From positions 6,820,001 through 6,884,000 of the forward strand of contig NW_026889796.1 in assembly GCF_033153115.1 (NCBI RefSeq): a stretch of DNA of 64,000 nucleotides, written 5' to 3'. The translations under genes and the position numbers were made by a program. Under the pieces are notes generated by a model. It did no database searches, was not told the origin of the DNA, and saw nothing but the letters and a program-made list of their open reading frames with translations. This document shows positions 37,367 to 48,083 of the stretch, one piece after another. This stretch comes from Saccostrea echinata (lineage: Eukaryota). The number at the start of each line of letters is the position of its first letter. Position 1 is the first letter of the stretch.

Positions 37367-40300
37367 CTAAGAAAGAAGAACTGCCCCAAAGAAAGTTTTG
37401 TCTGGGCTTATTGTAACAGCCGTGTCGCTTGTAATCACTTTTATTTGAACTGTGTCCCCTTTCTTTAAATAATGTAGTCCCATCATATTGCACGTCTTCT
37501 CCTTCGCATTGAAAAAATCCGATATTTCGTTTCGTTCATATTTATCAATACTGTCTGCACAGTGAAAGATTCTTCTGTTCGAAACAAAAATTCCGAAGAA
37601 TTCTCTAGTATCCTTCGTAAATTTCTCTATCTACCAATAGAAACAAATGAACAATTTACCTCAGATCAATTCAATGTGAATGCTTGTTTTCAATGGCAGA
37701 AAAAACAAACATCAAGCAACTTAATATTTTTCATTCCTGTATTCGATAAAAGGGTTTTAAGAAGAGTATTGCCTGTTATGCCTCGTCTGAATTGCTTTGA
37801 AAATTGAATTTCACTAATTTTTAATCCCTATATGTTGCATCTAAAATTTGATCATTCTAATGGTCATCCTTCGCAAGGACCGACTTGAAACAACATGAGA
37901 ATACTTCTATATATGTGTAGCTGTGTATTTTACTAAGTTTAATGCTTGGAGAAAACCTGAATTTGCATGAGCATTAATATATTATATAAATTTTTCAAAT
38001 AAAAGAATTTAAAATAAAAATCTTTCAAAAGAATTTCGTACGTATATACTTTTTGTAAAACCATGAATGATTTGATAATTATCTTTAAAAGATATTTCCT
38101 TCATATATCCTTATATGAAATTAAGGCTCCATTCCACTTATTTCCTGAATTGAGCCAATCTGAATATAGTTCTATACATGCTATTGGAAAGCTGTCAATT
38201 AAGATAATTTTGTGTCCATTTGATATCAGATTTGATACTTCGTTATGACAAATCGGTATTCTTCTAGTCAACAATTCTTAGCATCCAATTATGTACATGG
38301 TTGAAAACAGTTAAATAATTCAATTAAGAAGAGATTTCACATGACATTTTATCTAACAAATCAAGGCACAGTCGGTCGATGGACACAAATTGATTAGTTC
38401 AAACAAGACCATAAGGAGAAAAAAATATACTAGCATACAGTTTTTTTTATGACAAACATATAACAATAATAGCATATACAATTACCTGGGCATACAAAAG
38501 ATAAAGTCCTGACTGAAGTACTTCAAATGATTCGTGTCTGTCCGTATTAAGCACCAGTATGGTGTTTTGATATTCATTTTTCATCCAGTCAGCTTCTTGA
38601 AAATATGGAATAGCTTTATATTTCTCTGTAAATATGAAATTAAACAAAATAATTTTACAAGATCCAACTCTAAATCTAGAGCTTTAATTTGCTCGTTAAC
38701 CTTTATAAATACCTTTTAAAAAATCAATCCATGTTTATTTATATATGCCCATATAAAAAAGATCCCAGAACCTTGTTACACATAATAAGTATTAACCATG
38801 GGTACATCTTTGAGTTGTGAATAATTTTTTTTATTAATTCGAAACCAAGAAAGTATTACTATATACGCCCGATACAAATGTCAATACTGCAAATGTGAAA
38901 TGTATTGAAAGTGTGTGAATAATTACCTCGACTCCAAAATGTTTTGTTTGAAGGGCAATAGAAGTCTTCTATAGTAACTACACAATCTATAATATAACAA
39001 ATGAAAAAAAAGAAAGAAATTAAATAAAAAAGGTACATGTTGCCTTAAATATTACTGAAAATAGTATATGCCAAGTTAATGGACGTCAAGCACTTCTCTA
39101 GAAGTTTCAATTATGATTTGTATAACTGCAGAGGAGATGAAATACTTGTTTCATGATTTCCGATTCAAGTAGTTAAAACTTTCAGATGCAAAATATATAA
39201 TGGGTATATAAACAAACAACTATATTTAATCCTACTTGAATTACATTCTCTCCCTTACTTCTGTCTAAGTCATCATAAATCTACATGGCATAACATCTGA
39301 TGCTATTTTCCATATGCAACATACCTACCTCTTAAACTCGGTGGACTGGTAATAAAATGGGCACCTTTTAAATTTCCCTGAAGGAAGAAATTTGATAAAC
39401 TTCAAAAAATCTTTTCTTTGGAGCATGTTTTAGTGAACATGGACTAATGATAATACAACTATTTAATACTGCTACCTATGGGTGGACTAGAAATTCTGAT
39501 AGATGGATGCTATATCGCCAAACAAACTTTAATCAGTAAATTTTATTTGTCTTCTTTGCTAAGGTGAAATCATACTTGAGAGATTAAATTTTGTCATTAC
39601 ACGAAGAAGTTAACTCCAGATCAGATTGAATTTTTAGACTGAAGCATTTTAGAAGTTACTTTTAAATTAATATCCATAATAATGTCAACAATAAATGTAT
39701 CAGAAAACTGGCAGTGCATTCAGACTGATAAAATTTTAACATGCATTTTACGAATATTTTATTCTTAAGTTGTTGCTATATTTGAACTTGCCAAAGCTTT
39801 TTTCATTTGAGATGTTTATACTAAGACTGTACTAACAAATCACATTAACTTACAGGAGGACCTTGAATGCCAGGAAATCCTGAAAGAGAATGGAACGTGA
39901 ACACTTTATATATTAGTTCTTTGGGTTAAAGTACTAGTTAATTACTTCCAGGTACTTTTCAGCATTTAATTTTATGAGTGAAAAATTCTCTAATGGGACG
40001 TTTAAATATAAACATAATCCTCAATTTTTAAAATAGAAATGTTGTAGATTTTTTCTTAATACTTTGTCAACCTGCCTTTTTCTCCTCGGGGACCAGGGGC
40101 ACCTGGTGGACATTTGCATCTTCTGCGATTTCTTCTTTTGTTTCTTCTAGGTTTCTTCTTTTGGGTTTTCTCTTAAAAAAAAAACATTAGAAACATAATC
40201 GTATGGCATACGTTCATAGCATGAGCTAGAGTATTTTAAGTTCCATAACTCTTTCAAACACTATGCTTTGACACTTTTCCTTAGTATCCTGTAACTGTTT

Positions 40301-40960
40301 CGTCAGGATTTCATTGCTTATAATTACTGATCTTCAGCTTAAATAAAATTTCTTATTACACATAGAAGTATACTTAAAAATAAAATGATAATAATAAATA
40401 AAATAAAAATCAACTCTGTAACTAAGTCGTCAATCCTTATACAACACCTACTTTTGTCGGCACTTCTTCTTAGTCTTTTCACTTCTTCTGAAACACTAAC
40501 AAATTGTTTCACAGCTACAACTGATTCTATGGAGTCCTAAAGTTAAAAAATTTCTATATTTCTATTTTTTTTAAATTTGCATCACTGATCAAACAAAGGA
40601 CTGGGATCAAAGATGACACCGTAAGAATTTTAGAAATGCAATATACAAAGAATGGTCAGCAACGATATCCTTGCAACTTAACATTTCTAGAAACAGCACT
40701 TTATTCTAAATTAATTTAATTAATTTGAAATTAAATTTCCAAGTGATTTACAATGTACTTACTTTTTCATTGTCTTTGTATGCAGGAAAAGATATAGATG
40801 CCACGATTTTGGAGAGCTCCTTTACTTCACTCTTCAAAGTTGAAATTTCGTAGGCAGACCAAAGGAAGTACAGAAATGCAACGACCAACAACACGTGCGT
40901 CGCAACGGAAGATGCAGATAAAGAAAAGTTCATGTCTACTTTCCTTTTCGGTTCAGACAT
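37367..40960 (-). CDS. TNF superfamily ligand, gene 4, ectodysplasin-like architecture (about 305 aa)
   Basis: Exons 40960-40763, 40536-40452, 40171-40076, 39879-39854, 39377-39329, 38986-38927, 38625-38486, 37630-37367 sum to 918 nt in frame, using one GC-AG intron. TM segment, furin motifs RLRR/RNKR/RNRR, collagen GAP-GPR-GEK-GFP-GIQ-GPP-GNL, and TNF motifs GAHF, ADW, VLQSGLYLLYAQI, YLKKGDTV, TFFGAVLL. Confidence 0.88.
39476..39509 (-). CDS. Gene 4 candidate duplicate strand-A exon (HPSIRISSPPI-G)
   Basis: gatatag acceptor, gtagca donor, 34 nt, phase 0 to 1. ATT TCT AGT CCA CCC matches ATT ACC AGT CCA CCG of exon 39377-39329. Confidence 0.5.
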
Positions 40961-41075
40961 TTTAAAATTGCAACAGTATTTTTAAAATTTGCAGTAAAAA
41001 GGTAACATTTCCAGGATTATTTGCTTTTGAGAGTTATTCCTTTGCACATGTTTCTGATTGCAGCAACTTCTATTT

Positions 41076-41085
41076 TTCCCGGGAA
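41076..41085. promoter_or_regulatory. Palindromic STAT-like site TTCCCGGGAA upstream of gene 4
   Basis: TTC-N4-GAA about 115 bp upstream of the ATG, with an ETS-like ACTTCCTGT nearby at about 41102. Confidence 0.35.
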
Positions 41086-42206
41086 GAAGTCTAAAAGCGT
41101 TACTTCCTGTGCTGTAACAAGAAAGTTGAACCCAATTCGTGGAATTCTAGCAGGTGACCCTGTTGAGCATAATACCTATATATTTTACGCTACATTATTA
41201 TGCATATTTAAATGGGACAGGTATTGAGTTCGCGTCAATTCTTCTTAAATTTAATGACAATTAACTGGATGGCCTTGGGGGAAATTTATCTGTGGCCATG
41301 ATAATAATATTTACATATTTGATAAAAACAGAGGGCTTAAGTGCATGTGTTCAATTTATTTTTTACATGTCTCTACTACGTAAATATGACACGTGATTCA
41401 TTGGTGCATTTCAAACGAAATTTGAATGTATTATTCCATTATTACAGAACACCAAAATAAAGTTTTTCACAACTTGCATAGATGTTTAAAACAATATGAG
41501 CTGCAACTTCGATGTTGTAAATTCTTTGTTGCAATATTGTAATTAACTATTTAAATGACAGAAAAAAGAAGGTTTATAAACCTCTATTGTTTATATTTGC
41601 GATGGAAGAGCTATTTATATGCTTTGATTGAAGCAAAATTACATTATTGTCGTCCTGTACAATATTGATTTCTTATATAAAACTATACATTCCATTGTAT
41701 AGAAGTCTTTCTTCTGAAAAAAAAAAAATAATACTTTACATCAGTCTAATTGATCATAAAGGATTTAATTACATACAGATTTATCATATCAGCTCATTTC
41801 AACAACAAAATAAAATTCACAAAAATGCAGCTCTTATTGCTTTAATTAACAATATCCATTTACATATCCGTAGATGTATTTAAAATTGAGGACAGGGCAT
41901 TCTGGACAATGATCCAGTGAGAGTTAAATGTTTTAGATGTGGAAGTTTTCGTGGATAAACTTACATTTAACCAAGACTATTTATGTTAAACAAGGACTGT
42001 GCAAACTTCGGAAAAACAGCATGATTTTGTGTTTTATAACAAGCATTGACCACTGTTGAGTGACCATACTGGTTGCCACTTGAAAACAATGGCAACAACG
42101 TCACTCTTCTAGAAACCAGCTTCTTCTAAATTGTATATACTTTAGTAAAGGATGTTAGCAGTGATCTTTTTTATTGTTTAAGTTTTTAACGTCATCTACA
42201 TATTTG

Positions 42207-44697
42207 TCACGTTTTAAGCAATATTGCTCCAAAGTTTGTGTTTTCAGGTTTAAGTATGACTGCTGTATTGGCTGTCAGGAATCTGATAGAGAGCTGACTA
42301 CCCTGCTGTATGAAGAAGACACCAGACACACTACAGGTTTTTCCTTTGGAGTACATAAAAGGATTGGAGGGGATAGATCTAACGTAGTCGAGGCTTTCTC
42401 GGCAGTCCAGCTTTCGACTGCTGTCGATGTAGATCGCTATGTCGTGTGATGATTTAGTGGCCTGGATCAAAACCTGAAGCATATATACGACAGAACAGTT
42501 TAATACTGTATCAGATGTAAAAGATGGAGGTTTATGGAATGGGAAAAAGAGATTGTAGAGGAAACGCTAGAACATAGAAGTTATACATGAAACACCTGCT
42601 AATAAGTACAGGTATATGATAATAAATGCAAAGACCAGAAAATTGAAGGTGGCAAAAAGTACATTAAAAAATAGTCCACACTACCACTTAAGGAATGTTT
42701 TTAAGTTTTGTGTGAGTTATTGGTGTGTAAATCACACAGACTTGTCACGTAGGCATATTTCATGAAACGCGCTAGCGCTTCATGAAAAATATGCCTACGT
42801 GCAAGTCTGTGTGATTTACACACCAATAATTCACACTAAACTTAAAAAAAAATCCTTATATTAACATTTTACATGTTCAAAAGCACCAAAAATATACTCA
42901 ATTTTGAATTATTCGCTGCCCTATATCGTTACATTTTTATTAACGTCTCTGTAGCTCATTGTAACGTCACTTTAGCGCGAGTTTCTCCGTGCATATTTCT
43001 ACGCGTGAGTATACACAAAAAAGGCATTCAAATCAATTTCACAGTTTGCTTAGTAGAAAAACAGCAAATGTAAACATTAGTATGTGGACTGGGGTTTAGG
43101 CCAGTGGATGATTCTTTTATCTGCTGACAGATAATGTTGTATGTATACGATTCGTTATCCTTCATATCCACTTTCTATATACTTACTGATCAAGGTAAAA
43201 GTGTCAAAACCTTCAAGAGATAAAGCTGAGCGTAGAAAATTAATTCTAGCTAGGTAATCTAGTTACACAATGTAAATGTTCTGATATTTTAATAATAAAC
43301 TGCACACAATAAAACAAACAAAAAACATCAGCTAACTTAAGCCATGAAGGCTGACAAAATGTGCGGAATTGCATGAGGAGATAGGGATATGCAATACCTG
43401 ATTATTTTTGCAAGAGGATTATTCATTATAAACTTATCACTTATCCTTTTTCCTAGAAACATTTTAAATTGCAATGATATGTACTTATCATTCTAACTGC
43501 TTATCAGTTGTTTAATTACATTAAGATAAAAATGTCCGACTTATCGAACACTAGGATAGACTTTCCAACTGGAAAACGGGGCTTTAAATAAATCAACATC
43601 AACAGAGAAGAATAATGTTTGATACAGAAATAACTACGCCACGGGGCTATGGAAGTTGTCACAAATTACAAGGTTGGAGGATGCAGAATCTTAATGCACA
43701 TTGATACAAGAAAAACCGTAAGCTTGCGTTGAGATACAAGAGAAACGCTACCTTACAATATCGATGAGATGAAAGAGATAATGTGCGCTTGTATTAAGAG
43801 GGAAGAGAAACTGTAACCTTACATTGAAATATGAAACTGCTTGCTTACAATGAGATTCGGGAGAAACTGCAAGTTTGCAATGAGATTAAAGAGAAACTTG
43901 TAATCTTACAATAAAATACAAGATGAATTGTAATCTTACATTGAGATACAAAAGATGTAGACCAGACTTAGTCACTGTGAAGGAACTTGTGTCAGCTTGG
44001 CTTTGTGAAAGAGGTTCAACTTCCTCAATATGCTGTGACTTCATCCAAGGTGAAGGTTTGAAGAATTTGACTCCATGAAGAGGATCTACAAAGAGTATGT
44101 GGATGGAGTACTTAGTATGTGAATTCTACATAACAAATGGAGACAAAGGAAATTATCATTTATTGCAACAACAAAGATGTAATTTAATAAGCTAACCATT
44201 TATCATAAATGTTTGGTTCGCGCAGAAAGTTCCTGACCAGACGAAACAGCAGGTACCTGGAAAAAAAGAAGTTAATAATTTTTTTTAAAAAAAATCACAT
44301 TGGATATTACTACCAGTATGGTTCAATAATTAACTCATGCAGTTATTTAAGAAGCTACTTTGATAGTTAAATTTGCTTCTGATTTGTTGTTACGTAACAT
44401 TTAATCTTCATCATGAGAAGCTTTCACACTGAACCAACCTTTGCATGTTATTCCTTGCTTCTGATAAATGTCGTGATACTCGTGTGGCACATAATGAACT
44501 GCAGTCACTCCTGAATTAGCCTAAAACAGAAGGGGAAACGGTAAAAATACATTAGCAATGAATTTTAATCACATATTTTTTTTCGGATTAAATATGATTA
44601 TCAGTTTCAATAACAGCATAATAATTAAACTTACATCATTGAATAATTCCAGACCTGAAAGAATCAAATAAAACTATTTGTGTTATCACTTCATTAT

Positions 44698-44733
<36 letters not shown>

Positions 44734-44874
44734 GTGAGAGTTTTTATAAACACTTATTGAAAATCAACTTGATGCAGAATAAAAAAAGAAAAAAGTACTT
44801 GGGCTTCCAGACAAAAATCTTTTCATCCCTTTGTTTTCTGAAATGCAAGAACAGAACGATTATTTTCGTTGTTC

Positions 44875-44952
<78 letters not shown>

Positions 44953-45575
44953 AGTAAATAATCTTTTTCATTGTATTTTAACATAAAGCTTGTATCTTTC
45001 TGCAACAAGTTTAAGTCTAATAATAGTCTATGAATATTATAGGAAGCCATTTCAAATTATGAATAAATGACGGTCTCCAGCAAACAATTTTATGCTATCA
45101 GAGGAGAAATGTAGCAAAAACGTAAATAATTATTACTGAAGCTACCATACCATTGGTCAGAAAATTTCTTCTATTTCCAGCAATTTTGTCTTGCATTCTT
45201 TCAAGATCTATGACTGATTTTTGGTCTATACTCTACAATAGAAATGTGTAAGAGGCAGTGTATTTGAATGCATATTGCAAATAAATAAATAACTCGAAAT
45301 AAAGTTTGAAATTTTCAAAATATAGAACAAGAACAAACCGTGATATTCCAGTTGAAAATTTTTGATGAACTTAAGATTCTGCTCAAATTATTCACTTTTT
45401 CCATGACGTGTTGCACTTCGTCCATCATCTTAATATAAATGACAAGCAAGCAACTACAAACTCCAAAGACCATCATAAAAAGCAATATAACAGCAATTTT
45501 AGTTCCAGCTTTCTTTCGATACTTTTTAGATGTGCAAGCCTTTTCACTTAAGGAATAAACCTTGCAATTTGTCAT
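42207..45575 (-). CDS. TNF superfamily ligand, gene 5 (about 297 aa), paralog of gene 4 lacking collagen
   Basis: Exons 45575-45339, 45232-45151, 44654-44635, 44520-44439, 44256-44197, 44085-43940, 42473-42207 sum to 894 nt in frame. TM IAVILLFMMVFGVCSCLLVIYI and TNF motifs TAVHY, SPWM, VTKSGLHLLYLNV, KTCSVSGVF, TNFGAILL. Its 60-nt Cys-containing exon matches the one in gene 4. Confidence 0.88.
42689..42858. repeat. Near-perfect palindrome of about 170 bp in the last intron of gene 5
   Basis: TATTGGTGTGTAAATCACACAGACTTG..CATGAAACGCGCTAGCGCTTCATG..CAAGTCTGTGTGATTTACACACCAATA. Confidence 0.9.
43690..43950. repeat. Degenerate minisatellite with a unit of about 30 bp that includes the gene 5 exon 6 donor site
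   Basis: About 8 decaying copies of GAGAAACTGTAATCTTACATTGAGATACAA; the terminal copy spans the junction TATCTCAAT|gtaagattac. Confidence 0.75.
44878..44946. repeat. (AT)n microsatellite
   Basis: Perfect AT run in a gene 5 intron. Confidence 0.95.
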
Positions 45576-47823
45576 TTTTACTAGTCACTATTGAAAACGT
45601 TTTGACTGTGTCAATATTATTACCCGATAGTGTAATCAAAACAAATATAGGCTCATATATGACATGTGTAAACTTTATATAGTAAAAAGTGTTCCGATTA
45701 ATGTGAAATCAGCAGCCAATCAAGGATGGGTAAGGAAGTTAGTTAATTTCAACTCTGGTTGTGCAATTCTTCAGTCGGTAGACTTGGGATAGCCAGGATA
45801 TGAAAGCGGTGTTTCAGTACTGAATTCAGTTGCGTCATGTAGTCCAACTTGTACCGAATCGTCCAGAAGTTCAGCAACTCGGACAAACGACCCCATTTAA
45901 TCATATTTCACAGAAAATAAAGAAATATTTTTTTCTGGACTATTCGTTTTTTAAGTTCATAAATCCTAAATTCATGAAGCAGACCCTTTTTATTTCAGTG
46001 TACGTAGGCCGTTCTTTTCGGACACTGACCGAAAGAGGTAGTACTAAATGTACTCTTATCAGACCGATAAAAACTTTCGAAAGGAGGGTGGGATTTTCCA
46101 TCAGAATATATAAGGACAAGACAAATTCAAGCACTGGATTGTTTTTCTTTTGATACCAATTTATATAAGGGCCATTTACTAGTATATAATGTTATTTCAA
46201 TCTTTTCTCTGAATTCGCATATGCCTATGAAATACATATAACTGAAACCGTAAAACTGAAGAACCCAATTGATAATTCAAAATTAAGTTACCCAGATTTT
46301 CACATTGATCAAATCTATTTAATTTTACTTTTCTGACTTAAAGTGGTGAAGGTGTTAGTAAATGTTTTATTCAAAATTGCACTATGGCTTTCTCTAACGC
46401 GTAGATACATGATTAAAATAACCTCTGTAATCCTTATAATAACAGAACAGATTTCAGTAGAAATTAAGATGCACCCGCATTGCATAAACAGTCTGTATGT
46501 CAAGTACATTATACGTGTACATCTATATCAACAGATATCGCCCAGAAGCGACAACGAACTTTATTTACATTTCCCCCCAAACAACCTTAACCTTGCCACA
46601 AGGCCTTGATTCAGGTTTTTAACATATACTCACACCCTAACTTCTAACTAAGGCAAGTGTGACCTTCCAAACTGTCTTTGCTTCAAAGACCTGAGCAAAG
46701 AAAATGGAAGATTTCCTATCGCTTAGCAGAAGGCACATAATAATACAAACATGCAAGCAGTAACTGCCTGCACAGGAGGGCAAATTTTCTATGAACGTCT
46801 AAGTTTAAGATTATACTAACTTCAGTTTTAAAACAGACCATTTGACATAAATATACATGTATGTTCATTTCTTATTCCATTACTGAGAAAGTGTCTTATT
46901 ATCAAACCTTCAAGTAATGCTATGAAATAAATCCTATCCAAATTTGTTTAATTAATATAATTCAACAGTCAAAAGTTTTTGCAGTGATCATTCTTGTGAA
47001 TTGGACACAATTTTCCATGAGTATGCTAGGCATCTTTGCAAGCTCTTATTTAAAAAACGACAACAACATTGGTTCACAAAGATAAAGGCAAGTACATGTA
47101 TGTTATATGTAGAGTGCTATAAATATCCCGTCAATGTCAGAAATATCACTTGCAACATATACTGGTATCATGGTGATACTGGACACAGATTATCACCATC
47201 TTCACAAGCCAGGGGATTCAGATCTGCTACTAGGTTTCTAATGAGAGTAGTGGAACGGAAACACTTGGCTAGCAAAGATGAGATTATCACAAGAATATAT
47301 TTTCATTACTTGCCCTTTTAATATGCAGGTTGCTCAGTTGAGAACATTTAGCATTATTAAACCATTAATCTGTAAATAGAACACTGTCTAACAACATTGT
47401 GTAGAATACACAAGATAGGTACCAACTTTCTAAATTTTCACAGAGCATGCATCTCCTTTTCTAGACAATTCTGTTTCTTTTAGAACCTCAGAATACCTCT
47501 ACATGTTTCAGTATTCCTTTCTTAAAAGTGTAATATTACATTTGAGCCTATATCCAAAGACTCTTATTTTGCTTACATCAAAGGTCATTAAGTTATTCCC
47601 CTCCCTCCAATTAAAAGGATACATGTAATAAAGCTCATCCATCACAAATTTACTTCTCACTATTAGAAATTTGATTGTAAAGCAACTGATTTAGAGTATA
47701 GACTGTTTTAATCTTTTAGTTCTAACCTCTAACCTGACACCTAATAGCATCAATTAACACTTAAAATGACCAAATATGAGAATAAAGAAGATTCAGATTT
47801 CTGATAATCAAAACTATATAGGT

Positions 47824-47865
<42 letters not shown>

Positions 47866-48083
47866 AAAGCAATAAATAAAAAAACTATTTATTGGCTCTA
47901 CATTTACACCATAAGCATACTTGGTACACTTAGAATGCAAAAGAAAACTGATAATGCTGATTAGAATATCACAGTAAAATTCTCCACAAACATAAATGAA
48001 AACACCTTGTTTTACTACTGTTTTTCAGTAGATAACATATTTTGATTAAATAAAATCACAATTAAATACTGTCCCCTGTTAAC

